This document shows, in pieces, positions 11,898 through 24,999 of a stretch of 64,000 bases of DNA. Made by a program: the position numbers and the translations under genes. The stretch is from Eledone cirrhosa (taxonomy: Eukaryota). Numbering within the stretch: position 1 is the stretch's first letter; each line of letters starts with the position of its first letter. The stretch is taken from contig OZ024742.1 in NCBI GenBank assembly GCA_964016885.1, forward strand, positions 157,790,001-157,854,000. Direction: 5' to 3'. Under the pieces are notes generated by a model, which was given only the letters and a program-made list of their open reading frames with translations, was not told the origin of the DNA and made no database searches.

Positions 11898-14286
11898 CCA
11901 TCTGGTTTTCGTTTGTATATAATTTACCGTATAGTTCCCATGAAGCTACACTGAAAAAAATATGTATACAAACAAGAATATAGATAATACTGAATGTAGG
12001 ATATGTACATAGCTGATAGTAACCTCATTTATTACCGTGAAATCTTCCAGTGTGCTTTCTCATGAACCGCAAAGAATGATTTAGAAAATGGAAAACTGTA
12101 GAGGGAACATTAAACAGAGTATCGATTAGCAACATCCATTGCTGTGTAAATAAAACGATATGTGTCTTATCGATGTGTATTCAACATTTTCTTCTTTTCT
12201 TACCCCATCATCCTGTGTTTGTATATTGAGGATTCAGAGCGTATAACATAGAACTTCCCTATCTTGAATAAACATAATTTCTTTCTGGCAAATTGGGAAG
12301 CCCTGACCCCTGATGATTAGATATTGACAAGTTAGCTTTCAATACATATTATTGAAGTTTGGAGAGCATTTTCATATTTCTCTACAGGGATTTGCGTACA
12401 AAATCTTTTACATTCGGCACATTCGCTCAAGAATCAATGATCATGATGCAGCTAGAAATGTTTATGTTCTTGTTAGCCCCAGGTGAACTTGAAGCCTGAA
12501 TGAGTTATCTTGTGATCAAAAACCTTCCTACCGTGAACATCCAATATTTTAGTGGTTTATAAGATATCATTTCGGATCCCCTACCGCTCCCACGGCATGT
12601 GTTCTATACGACTTGATCAACGGAACAACTTGCAAGTCAAACTAACGTGCAAATGGCTGCGAATTCAACAAGAGCTTGTATCCTTAAGGTAGTTTTCGAT
12701 GAGATTCAGCGTGACACAGTGTATGCCAAGGCTGACCCTACAAATTTGCAAGCTGAGCGCATTGGTCTGACGTGAAATAAAGTATCATGTCGAGGGGCAA
12801 AACGTGACTCTGTCAATAGAATTTATGACCTTACAAACATGAGTCAAACACATGACATACTGTGCCTTGCGGCTTCATGTAGTTTATGTGTATTGTTTGT
12901 GTGAATGTCGGAGCTATTTTACTAATCAATAGTTAGCCCATGTAACCGCTAATTACCTTTACAGGAAAAGCAATTACTTTGTAATATATGATGAAAATAG
13001 TTATAGTAAGAACGCCTGAATGTCAACGCCAGGGAAATACCCGAATGCATGTTAACTATATGGGAACCAGAGTCCTTAATAAATCCCCACCCAATTGAGA
13101 GCTAGACATTATATTCTTGTTAAGTTCATCTGACAGTTTAGATATGTATATGTTTTTTTTTATCCAGTCAGGAATACCTCCTTCTAGTATGGTATCTTAG
13201 ATTAGCGTTGACGGATGCTACACAACGGGCCAATCATGAAACGGTACTGCTGATTTACGGCATTACCAGTGGCAATTTCATACAGAGTAACACTAGAGCT
13301 ATATAAAACTACGCTATCTAGTATAACGCTTAAGATGATGATGTTCGATTTGAGAAAGGTTTTGGCTGTTACCTCTAGTAAGTTAAATGACCATATAGAA
13401 AATATAGAAACTCTCTCACATGGATTAATCCGTAAATGACATAATTGTTATAAATTGTATTACTTTCGTTGTATAGAAGGTTTTTGATAGACTGCTAACA
13501 CTCGATAATTCACACCACAGTTATAATACCTTAAAGTTCTATATACTACTGGAGAGAATGAAGATAATATAGAAACAAGAAATGCTTCATTACTTTACGA
13601 TAATGTGTCGAAATTCTCCCCAGAATATAGTGCAAGCAATTACCAGAACACTAGCGTTTCCTTAATGCATGGCCCATTTACGTAATGACTTGTTAGACAA
13701 TACTGTGCTGGGTAATGCAACTTATTTAATCTACTGTAATTGTTGAGTAAGCTATTATGATACAACAGTGATGTAAACACCCTGATTTTATGATGATTGT
13801 TTTAAACTTTGCGCTGATATAAACAATATTGCAATATTTCTTCAGTGATGGTTTCAAACGGGGATAGGGAAAACAACTTACGTATATTTTTGATGAGGAG
13901 TCTACCATTACAATGTGCAGTGCATAATTACACAAGAAAGTAATTGCATTGAGTTTTTTTTCAATTAGGAACAAAACTAAATATTTCGAGAATAGTAATG
14001 AAAACTAATACTGAGTTTATTCTTTAGTTAAGTGTGTAGGGATTTCAATTGCAACGGAGGCCGTCGTTTTCTCTTCGGCGAGACGTAACCACATGCTCTG
14101 CTACATTCATTAATGTGTAAATAGAAATGTATTATCACAGGAATGGGTTAGTTGTAGCTCCAACAGGCAAAACAAGTGAAATTATAATGGATTGTTGTTC
14201 CTGTCCAAAACAAAGATATCTCAGACAGTATTTACATTCTTCCCTTGACTATTCGTTTTACATCATAGCCTCTTCCAGCAAACTAA

Positions 14287-14338
<52 letters not shown>

Positions 14339-15350
14339 GTGTGTGGGGGGGTATATGTGTGTGTGTGTGTGTGGGGGGGGGGGGTGCATGCGTATGCATG
14401 TGTGTATGCGCATGCGTGTCTGTGAGAGAGAGAGAGATGTGCTTTTCGAAGACATCACTTTTCCTATGCATGTTATACATATTTGAATTGATTTCATTTT
14501 CTCTGTTAACACACGTATTGGATGGATATATTCTATACGCAATTCGCTACGTTGTAGGGTTTCCCAAAATAGTACAGTACGAATTCTTTAAATCAAAATG
14601 TCACATACAATCCAAGTTCATGATGGTTACAACACTCTATGTTCTCAAGCTTATGAGCTCTATATATTATGAAATATAACAAACATACTAATTTAGTGGT
14701 CTTTTATTTCCATGGAAGATGAAAATATGTTCTTTTGCTTAAGTAGTTGGAACAGTGTGCGGCGAATTACCTGGATAGCGGATGATCTGTGAGAACATAA
14801 AATGCATCCAGGCAGTGTTCATATAAAGTAAATTGTTGCAAAGGATTGTTATTGTATCGATGGAAGCTTCTAGCAAAGCGTGGGGCAGAGAGCTAAAAAG
14901 ATAGGAGACGGGGAGTTAAGAGACAAAATGCTTAAATCCGTAATGATAATGTTTTCTACAATGTTGAATGAATGCTCATGTACGAAAATTAATATTAATA
15001 TTGAGACAATGCCAATAATTCGAAGTACGAGGAAAGTCGGTATTATTGACATATGTACTTAACTTCTAATTTTTCCGACTTCGGATGTAAAGCAACGTTA
15101 GCATAGGTGGGATTTGAACTCGATGAGAAAAGGGCCACAGAAAATACGACTAACCCTTTGTACGACATTTCGGCTGGTCCTCCACCTAAATGTTCCCATA
15201 GAATATTAACATTCCACTACAAGTGGTCCGGTGTTTATCCCCCACACCAGGTATTATCTTCGTCAATAATAAAATGCATTCCAATCACGAGCAGCTTGTA
15301 TAAGTTTTTTCATGTATAATGAATCCAGAAATGCATTATGCAATATGTTC
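11898..15350 (-). pseudogene. Chain of six phase-compatible exons of an unidentified gene with in-frame stops
   Basis: Exons: ?-15155, 14869-14771, 13976-13882, 12309-12204, 12095-12036, 11950-11898; GT-AG introns, phases 2,2,1,2,2. Joined: DEDNTWCGG*TPDHL*WNVNILWEHLGGGPAEMSYKG SFHRYNNNPLQQFTLYEHCLDAFYVLTDHPLSS FVPN*KKTQCNYFLV*LCTAHCNGRLLIKNIR VRASQFARKKLCLFKIGKFYVIRSESSIYKHRMMG FPFSKSFFAVHEKAHWKISR VASWELYGKLYTNENQM. Some acceptors were picked from alternatives. Confidence 0.55.
12570..12830 (-). mobile_element. Probable degenerate second SINE family
   Basis: Segments such as GAGATTCAGCGTGACACAG..CAAGGCTG and ACGTGAAATAAAGT resemble an abundant octopus interspersed repeat as recalled; not verifiable here. 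Confidence 0.35.
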
Positions 15351-16507
15351 TGTTTTTAAGAGAGTACTGTGTAATTTAAGATACTTCGCTACATTGTCCA
15401 GAAGATCGAACAACTCTATACAAGCTTCTTCATTGGTTCAACAGTTATCAAATATGTATGGAGGGTGGAACCCGAAATATATGAGAGCAATAAACACATG
15501 CAGGGCGTATTTCGTCTCCACAGTTCTTCACATTTGATGAAGAAAGAATGATATTGGTTTTCCTAATACCTGTTTACTTTTGACCGCATTTATTATTAAT
15601 TAATATATATTGTTTTATATTTTTGTTTCAAAATTAAAACTATTTCAATAACCTTTCTATGAGATTTCAACAGGTTTTATGAAACATGTCAGGGAATTTT
15701 TAATATTTTTTGATATTGCATTTATATTTCTGCTTTACTTTCCAATAAATCCTCTGACAGAAAATTTTATTTCTGCTCTATTGTAATTACATTTTGAATA
15801 TTCTTCACTCACGAATAATTGTTCCTTTTCGTTTATAGAAACCAGAGTGTTTTACATTTCTATTTCTGTGTTTTTGCGTTTCTTTTCTTCTTTCTTCTTT
15901 TATTATTGTCTTTGTTCTTCGTCTATTCGAAGATGATAATAGAAAAATTATTTCTGTAATGTTACAATTATTATCTTAAAGGATATCTCTCGTCTGAAAA
16001 CAGCTAGTCCCTTTAGAAATTAATTAAAAAATATAAGGTATAGTAATACCAAGATTATTTTTATCACTAAAATATATTTTCTCACAATACGTGCAAGTGA
16101 TTCGATTACCTCCAACAGTTCATTAGATTCCACAACCGATTTCCATTCACAAACGTCTGTAAAATATCGGAATCGATTCGGTGATATTTTTTCTTCTATT
16201 TGAAATATATAATTTGATTACTAGCTTCATATGAACTTTCTCCAATAAGTAAGGTGATGAATAAAGAAATTTCATACATACATATTGCATAGTTATTAAC
16301 AAGAATACATCGAAGGAAATATAGTAGGCTGGCTATAGTGGCTGAAGTAAAGAATGCATCAACACGTTGAGAAAATGGAAACAGTAAAATAGGAATCAGT
16401 TTCAGCCAAATGACGAAGCAGGCATATGTTAGTATGAATATTATGAGTTATGACGGTTAATCTGGTTATATTCATGATTGATAGGCAGTTCCTAACACCA
16501 TTATGTT

Positions 16508-17185
16508 GTTTGGCAATATCGGTAGAGGGTCGGACGCCATGCTTTCTAGCATAGTTACGTCCCTTTACAGTCTGAGTTCAAATCCCGCCGAGGTTAACTT
16601 TGCCTTTCATCCTTACGGAGTCGATAAAATAATGTACCAGTAATACACTGGGTAATTGCTGGCCTTGTGCCTAAAGTAGAAACAATTATATGTAGTGCCT
16701 TTCATTCTTACGAGGTCAATAAAATAAAGTAGCAGTAATAACTGGAATAATTGCTGGCCTTGTGCCCAAAGTAGAAACAATGATATTTAGTTCTTAGGGT
16801 GTTTAGTTCTTCAGTTTTTGGTAGAGCGTCAGACATTATGATTTGCAGCATCGAGTTACGGCGCTTTGCGTCCTGTGTTCAAATCCCACCGTGGTTAACT
16901 TTGCCTTTCATCCTTATGGGGTCGCTAAAATAAAGTACCAGTAATGTACTGGGAAATGCTGGCATTGTGCCAAACGTAGAAACAATTATATTTAGTTCTT
17001 AGGGTGGTGGATTGGCAGTGTCGGTAGAGCGTCAGACACCATGATTTGCAGTATCGAGTTATGGCCCATTGCGTTCTGAGTTCAAATCCCATCGAGGTTA
17101 ACTTTGCCTTACATCCTTACAGAGTCGATAAAATAAAGCACCACTGGGGTAATTGCAGGCCAACAGTAGAAACAATTATATGTAG
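16508..17185 (+). mobile_element. Head-to-tail array of about 3.5 SINE copies
   Basis: Units at about 16508-16690, 16697-16785 (3' half), 16795-16990 and 16998-17185, each ending GTAGAAACAAT; linker ATATTTAGTTCTTAGGGTG repeated. Confidence 0.9.
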
Positions 17186-18437
17186 TTCAATATTTCGTCA
17201 AAGGCATTGCTTATTTTCATATAATTAACATATATGAGAAAATTAAAAGGTTTTCAGATATTGTTATGGGATAATATAAATCCTATTAATTGAAGCGGAC
17301 ACGCATTATTCAACTTATTTTTATCTAATACATATCACGTTACAACAAATATTACAGCTCCATTTTATTTCTATAGCTGTGCAGATCCTCACTAACCACT
17401 ATATCGAATCACTATATCGAACTAATAATATTGAACTATTATTTCTTTAGGTAACCCTTTACAATTTTAAATTATTGTAAATTTGATTTAGTTACAAAAA
17501 TGTAACCCAAATCATGTAAAGTTGAATATAGTTTTTCTTTATTAATGAGTTAATGAATAAGTAATGAGATTGCCTTAAAAATATAGGGAGGATTATACAA
17601 AGAGCTCCCACTTAACATACTACAAGTATGTCGATGTATGTGTTAGACAACAAGCAACAGCAGCAGTTTCAGCTAATATATTGTATATAGTCTATCGATG
17701 TGCAGTTTCCCAAAGTCAAAATGATGTCTAATCAGTCTGTCTGTCTTCACGTTTCATTAGGCTTGATGAACAGATATTCTATAATCCGGATTGTTAAGTC
17801 GTGAAATGTCAGATCTTTGGAGGAGATAAAAAAATACTTAATATGTATATGAAAGAAGAAACCGCCGCTCATTCACACACCATATTGTAAGCATGAATAT
17901 ATGACTTCACAACTGAAATCATCTCAGAACGTATTTTACCTTTCTTTATTTCATCATCGTTTCACATCATCATGATAATAAAAGGAAAGTGTGTCTCATT
18001 ATTATACTATAATTAATAAACCTGTTATATCATTTTGGTTACTGTGGTGATTGTTATTAGTGAAAATGTAGCTATTATTATTATTGTTCCCCTTATCAGT
18101 TTTCAAAAAGGAAGTCATTGCCAAATGATTACTTTTTGCTTGTCTTGATGTACATTGGAAGAGATCAAACTACGAGGCTAACTTGGCGAAAGACCAACAT
18201 CCTATCGAACGACATCGAATATACATATCGAATATATATATCTGAATAATTGATCGCATGGATTTCAGGTTTAAGTCAATATATAATTACTTCATTGTTT
18301 CTTCATATCATCCCAAACTAGGTTATTTGCATTCAATAAAAAATATATACAATATTTGTGATATTCTATGTTCAGTTATACACATATGATAAAACATGCA
18401 TGACCACGAAATATCACACACACACACACATACATAA

Positions 18438-18469
<32 letters not shown>

Positions 18470-18579
18470 GTGTGTGTGTTTGTGTGTATGTATATATATA
18501 ATGTATGTATATATATATAATATATGTATATATATATGTATATATATATATATATATAATATATGGATATATATATATA

Positions 18580-19848
18580 TAACTTTGAATAACTTTGAAA
18601 TGTTTTGGCCAGTATTGGCCCAGGCCATGTCTAACTTAATAGCACCACCTGGCGAAGTCTTTCAATTCAGGATTTGTGCACCATGGCCCATTCGAGAAGA
18701 GAATTACTGTTTGCGGAGACATATCCGGGTGTGGGGGGTTCGTCCGGGATTACTTGGAGGAATTTGTCCAAAGACTTCTTGAATTTTGTGTGGTCAGTTT
18801 CTGTTTTGACGTGTCCTGGTGTGATGTTGAAGAGAGCAGGGCCAATTGAGGTGAAATAATTGTGCCGTATTGTTGTTATGAGTTGCATTTTAGATTTTTG
18901 TATGGGACGGATAGCACGGGGCCCAAGCCTTGGGTGTAACTTGAAGGCGATGCCAACATCATTTGGGCAGTGATGATGGAACATTTTCCACATCATGCAG
19001 ATAATATAACGCTCACGGCGAGGTTGGAGTGAGTAAAGTTTCAGCTTTTCTAGTCGACCCCAGTAGTCAAGGTCTGACATGCCATCTATCTTGTTCGTGA
19101 TTGCCCTTTGATGACCTTTTGGAGCTTGGAATCATCAGCGAAAATTTTAGTGTTGCTGTGTTTGATGATGTCAGTGATGTCATTAATATAGATGATGAAG
19201 AGAAGTGGGCCCAACACAGTGCCTTGTGGGACCCCACTACTGACTTTGGCTGGGCTGGATTTGACTCCTTCAACTACAACATGTTGGGTTCTGTTTGACA
19301 GGAAGCTCTTGATCCACTGCAGCAGCTTTCCAGTGACACCAATATTGGACAGCTTTCTCAGTAGAATGTTATGATCAACCCTGTCAAAGGCCTTGCTGAA
19401 ATCAAGGTAGATAACATCAGTGTTGGAACCCTCTCCCAAGGCTCTCAAAATGTCATCAAAGTGATGCAGTAGCTGCGTCAGGCAATCCCTTCCATTACGG
19501 AATACATGCTGGTTGGAGTTCAGCATATCGTTACTCTCAAGGAAGTGGGTCATTCGCGATCTCACCACTCTCTCAAATACCTTAATGATATGAGAGGTGA
19601 GTGAGATTGGACGGTAATTCACGGCAAGGGATTTGTTTCCTTTTTTGAAAACTGGGACAACAGACTGGGATAGAAGGTTTTCTGACACATATCCAGCATC
19701 CAGTGAGTTCCGCCACAGATTGGCAAGAGGAGATGCAAGTTGGTGTTGACACGCCTTCAAGACACAAGCAGGGAACCTATCAGGACCTACTGCTGAATTA
19801 TGCTTGATTTCCTTTATTGCCGCTAAGACATCAGGGGCGCCAAACGTT
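18580..19848 (-). mobile_element. CR1/L2-type LINE 3' portion (RT) with internal deletion
   Basis: NYRPISLTS, YLDFSKAFDRVDH, GVPQGTVLGPLLF, FADD in ORF 19086-19760, then a jump to DYWGRLEKLKLYSL.RRER; ends in a short TTCAAAGTT repeat tail at (TA)n. Confidence 0.92.
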
Positions 19849-19929
19849 ATGTATGATGTGTATATATATATGTATATATATAAATGTGTGTGTGTATGTA
19901 TGTATATATATATATATATATATATAAAT

Positions 19930-20479
19930 ATTGTTATACTTGGGGAGGGTCATATTTGTGTAATATTGCCAGAATTAATAACAGAACACACTCACTGTTT
20001 GGCTGGTTTTCGCTTCTCGCTGTCTTTTATATCTGTAATCTAACTTACTCGGTCCTCAATGTTGCCATTGACTGACCGACGGTCAAAAATAATACAGATA
20101 CAATATAGACACAAACACATATATATAGTTTATATAAATCTTTCGTTGCACATCTGCAACATCGTCAGTGGTGTTATATTTTCCTCCTGTTGTGTTGTAT
20201 GTCTACGCCAATTTTTATTCAGTCTGTCTATATATTTATTTATTTATTTGCTTGTTTGTTTATTTTATTTTGTCTTCTTTGCGCATGCGTTTGCGTGTGT
20301 GTATAGTGTTATGTTTGCTGTGTGATGGGTGACTAGTGTGTGTTTATGTGCTTGTTGTTATTGTGCTTGTGTATGTATTTATTTATCTTATTTTATTTAC
20401 TTATTTATACTTCTCTTATTTATACTTGTTTCGACACACGATTTCATATAAAAAACCTCGCTAAACTAATTCATCGCCG

Positions 20480-20480
<1 letters not shown>
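19930..20480 (-). mobile_element. Diverged PLE terminal element (family F2) with inverted long end
   Basis: Starts ATTGTTATACTTGGGGAGGGTCAT like 31089; hammerhead-like CTGACGA-TGTTGCAGATGTGCAAC-GAAA at 20130-20175 (-); inverted GTTTCGACACACGATTTCA..GCTAAAC at 20428-20480. Confidence 0.65.
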
Positions 20481-20559
<79 letters not shown>

Positions 20560-21409
20560 GCATATATATATGTGCATAAACATAAACATGCTTATATGTA
20601 TATTTATAAATATATATATATGTATGTTTGTGTGTGTGATTATGTCCTTTTTGTATTTGTGAATGTATGTACATGAGTACATGTGTGGTTAGTAATCTGT
20701 GTGAATTAGTATTGATTATACAAAGAATGGTGGGTTTCCAGGATTTTTCTAGCGTTGTATTTTTTTTTTGGGGGGGGGGGGCTCTTCACGTTCTGAGTTA
20801 AAATCTTGCCGACGTTAATTTTGCCTTTCTACATTTCTAATTCAGTAAAATAAAATAGCATCAAGAATTGATGTCGATTTAACCGACATGCAGCACTTAC
20901 AAAAAATGCTGGCTTTGTATCTTTCATAGAAAGAATTATCATTGATTGTACAAAGCTGGTATCTAATTGTACTACTATCTGGAGTTTCCTCCAAATCCGC
21001 GTTATAACCGGTTACTGAAGGACGAAAGAACACGTGAAACGCAGCGTTCTCTCAACATCCTCTACGTTATTTCTATGCTAGGGCATTGATCGTAAAATTA
21101 TGATTGTTTCATGACTCTTGAAAGCGTTAATTTTCTTCATGCACAATCGTATTGTTATCCTGTTTTCTCCCTTTTCTTAGTTTGCCACAAGGAATCTATT
21201 ATGAATCATAAGTTATCGCCTGATCTTAAATGGTCATTTTTGAGGTGCTTTTGTTTCAGTACAAGATACATTTCCTTTGTCTCCTAGGCTTGTCAAGCAG
21301 AGTAGACACACTCACACCCACAAACACGCACTCACACACGCACGCCACACACGCACACTCACACACACATACACAAACCGACACACACACAAACATCTCT
21401 CTCTCTCTA

Positions 21410-21505
<96 letters not shown>

Positions 21506-22220
21506 AGTTAATATAAATTAATATATTTGATAAACACAAATACCAACATATTCATGTTTGTATTGTAAATGACCAAGTTAGCTAGATTACACGGCTCAGA
21601 AATACTTCTTTCTTTGAGCTATTTCATTGTAAAAGACTGCCTGAGTTTTGAACTCATTATTATTGATAGTATCACTGCTCCTTTGTTGAGCTGAATTTAG
21701 CCCCATACAAACGGCTGTTATTTCTAGCAGCACGAGTATGTGACAGCTAGACACTGGATAACCGCGTGAAATACCATTTGCGTTAATCAGTCTTTCTAAA
21801 TATTTTGAAGTGAAACATAGCAATTTTTATAGTGCTTGCTGAGGAGATCAAAATGCGGTATTCTTTCATTTTTTCATTATTCGAAACATATTTGGATTTT
21901 AACGTTTAAACCTGTCTACGGAACAGGTTTGATTTTGAAATTTAAATTTGTCCAAGCACTACGGCCATTGCCAATATGATTTGTTTTTATTGATTTATTA
22001 TCTTAAATCGAGACAGGCAAAATGTATTATTATTATTAGTATATTTCAATCTAGCTAACTTGGTCATTTACAATACAAACATGAATATGTTGGTATTTGT
22101 GTTTATCAAATATATTAATTTATATTAACTTTATTACACGGCTCAGAAATACTTCTTTCTTTGAGCTATTTCATTGTAAAAGACTGCGTGAGTTTTGAAC
22201 TCATTATTATTGATAGTATA
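21506..22220 (+). mobile_element. Non-coding retrozyme-like unit: inverted A'-B-core-A-B
   Basis: 21506-21588 is the reverse complement of 22048-22131; 21586-21671 is a direct repeat of 22133-22218; (TA)n on both sides. Confidence 0.8.
21830..21961 (+). ncRNA. Type I hammerhead motif with ~90 nt stem II
   Basis: TAGTGCTTG-CTGAGGA-GATCAAA...TTTGATTTT-GAAA-TTTAAATTTG-TC-CAAGCACTA; perfect 9-bp stem I. Confidence 0.7.
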
Positions 22221-22236
22221 TATATATATAATATAT

Positions 22237-22562
22237 ATTTCGTTTCTGAATTTGTTTAGCAAGATTCTATCTAAAAACGTGTGTTGAAAGCGATATTGTT
22301 ATGCTTTGGGGGGGGGGTCATGTTGCCAATAAGAAACACACGCACTAGTTGTTTTCATTTCAATTTATTATTAATTAAATTTATAAATTTAGGAATTTCT
22401 AAATTTCCGGTTGGTTGGTTGGTTCCACAACCAGACGATTGTTCATATATTGCCAAAGTTCTTTCGTCACACATTCTGTGACCTCCTGAGTGACTGGGGA
22501 TTCTTTTCTTTGTTACTGTGCCTCTCCTTTGTTCTGTCCTACGCCATCTTGTTTTTTCTCTC
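22237..22562 (-). mobile_element. PLE terminal repeat, family F2 (solo)
   Basis: Closely similar to 52602-52915; hammerhead core mutated (CTCAGGA). Confidence 0.85.
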
Positions 22563-22629
<67 letters not shown>

Positions 22630-22630
22630 C

Positions 22631-23298
22631 GAGCTGCCTTGTTGCGAATGTGATACATATGAATTAAAATATAGACCTAGAAGCCAGGATAGTGATGATC
22701 TTCTGGCCATTATAGGTATTTCTTCGCATTAAAGATCAGATACCTCAGGCCAGCGCGAACAATAACTAAAATAACTTATTGGGATAAAAAGAATTGGGTG
22801 GAGAAAGAGAGACAGGTAAAAAAACAAGAATGGTGAGCAACGTAAAGAGTGGAAAAATAAGAAAACTAGTCAGTTATACATGTGAACATAAGATCTAGCG
22901 AATAATTGACGAGAAGACGACAGACACATATAAGCCAAGCAAAATGTGAGCGAGAAAAGAATTTCACACGGGTCAGACGGGAGGAAGTGAGAGAGGGTGA
23001 GTAGATGAGAGTAACTGATTGAACGTGTGAGGAAGAGGCTAGCCGAGGGAGGGAAGGTGACTAGCAGAGGGGTGAATGAAACTATGAGATACCTATGATG
23101 ACCAGAAGATCACTGATGATGGATAGTCCTGGATTATAGCTCTATTTATTAATTCATATGTATCACATTAGCAACAATGCAGCACGCCAGTTTTCAATCC
23201 TGTAATTTTTCCCTTCGCTGTGACCTGTCATTTTCTCTTCCCTTACTACTATCCTCTTTCTGCCTCCCTCTTCTCTCTCCGTGTACCTCTTACTTTCA
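22631..23298. repeat. Older fold-back element in (TA)n
   Basis: 22631-22725 is the diverged reverse complement of 23085-23185; the right side extends ~110 nt further. Confidence 0.7.
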
Positions 23299-23665
23299 TA
23301 TATATATGGAGCTTCGACAGTTTCTACGATGGTTGTTCTATTTTCCCATCAAACAATGACCTACTCACACAATTAACATATAAGTAGATGAACACTTGAA
23401 TCTTTGCATTTTGTAATACTTCCACAGCAGATGTGGAATTTAATATAGACGAATAAGAGATATACATATATTATCTAGACTGTGGAAATCTAACTTGCAT
23501 TTGCCTTATGCGACTCGACAGAGAAGCCGTTACTAACGTGACATATACAGGTGTATTATAGGTAATGTATATCGTGGTAGCATTATAATATTTACATAAT
23601 TGTTCAAATTTCATCAGCATATTCTATATGATGATTGTTTATATATGTATATATATATATATATT

Positions 23666-23911
<246 letters not shown>

Positions 23912-24056
23912 AATTAAAATACTAGAGTGTGTTGGAGTTAAACACCCTCTTCATATTATAGAAATGACAGTAAATGTATAGCTCAATGTAATTAAACAGA
24001 GCCGAAGAATTATGAAAATAAACCAAAGAAGCCTTCAATACATCAAAAGTCTTTAT

Positions 24057-24100
24057 TAGCCAACAATGTTTCGTCCTATTAAGGACTCATCAGGACAAGA
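24057..24100 (-). ncRNA. Minimal type I hammerhead
   Basis: Minus strand: TTGTC-CTGATGA-GTCCT-TAAT-AGGAC-GAAA-CATTG-TT-GGCTAA. Confidence 0.8.
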
Positions 24101-24171
24101 AAGCTATAAGAAGCACTATCGGCCAATACAAAGTTTTTGGCTTGTATTGGTCGATAGCGCTTCTTATAGCT

Positions 24172-24217
24172 TTCTTGCCCTGATGAGTCCTTAATAGGAC
24201 GAAACATTGTTGGCTAA
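24172..24217 (+). ncRNA. Minimal type I hammerhead
   Basis: TTGCC-CTGATGA-GTCCT-TAAT-AGGAC-GAAA-CATTG-TT-GGC; canonical core, GTT triplet. Confidence 0.82.
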
Positions 24218-24685
24218 TAAAGGTTTTTGATGTATTGAAGGCTTCTTTGGTTTGTTTTCATAATATATATATATATATAAATATTTGCACATACACCAAT
24301 TAAACAAAGTCACAGGTATATATGCGTTTTTGCAACTTTTCGCGATGTGGCTCAATGGGGAATTAATAAATTAATCAGAGCGAAATACTATAGAGTAAAG
24401 CATGTCCAGAGAATTAGTTGATAATATATATACATCATCTCTACTCCGAATCAGCATAATTAACCACACAAAAAATCAATTAGACCAGGCTATGAGAATA
24501 AAAGGTATCTATGAAGAAACAGTAAATAAATACGCTAACGTGGCGTCTTCGCGTGCAACCGCTATAGAATATTTACCCAACATTTCAACAGTACGTGGAA
24601 ATTAATTTAATACACGGTCAACCATACATAATTAGGTAAACATTAATGTTAGAAATGCTTATATACATACCAGGACTTAATCAAT

Positions 24686-24742
24686 AAATCCCGAGCCTTT
24701 AGTTTCAGGTTCATACTCGAGTTTAGAGCTCTTCAGGGGATA
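24686..24742 (-). ncRNA. Hammerhead-like motif
   Basis: Minus strand: ATCCC-CTGAAGA-GCTCTAAACTCGAGTATGAACCT-GAAA-CTAAAGGC-TC-GGGAT; stems II and III degraded. Confidence 0.55.
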
Positions 24743-24854
24743 AACTCACTAGGACATTTTATTTTCTGAAGTGGCCCCCGCCAAACACAAATTCAGGAGT
24801 AGCGATGATGTATATATATTATCAAATAATTATCTGGACATGCTTTACTCTATA

Positions 24855-24917
<63 letters not shown>

Positions 24918-24918
24918 C

Positions 24919-24998
<80 letters not shown>

Positions 24999-24999
24999 T

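Noticed and set aside
13882-15300. A-to-I editing rescuing the in-frame stops as Trp
   Set aside because: Two stops are TAA (two edits each) and a frameshift is also needed; ordinary pseudogene decay is simpler. RNA-seq could still test it.
16508-17185. CRISPR-like or tRNA gene array
   Set aside because: Units are ~190-bp SINE copies with A/B boxes but no cloverleaf and no unique spacers; eukaryotic context.
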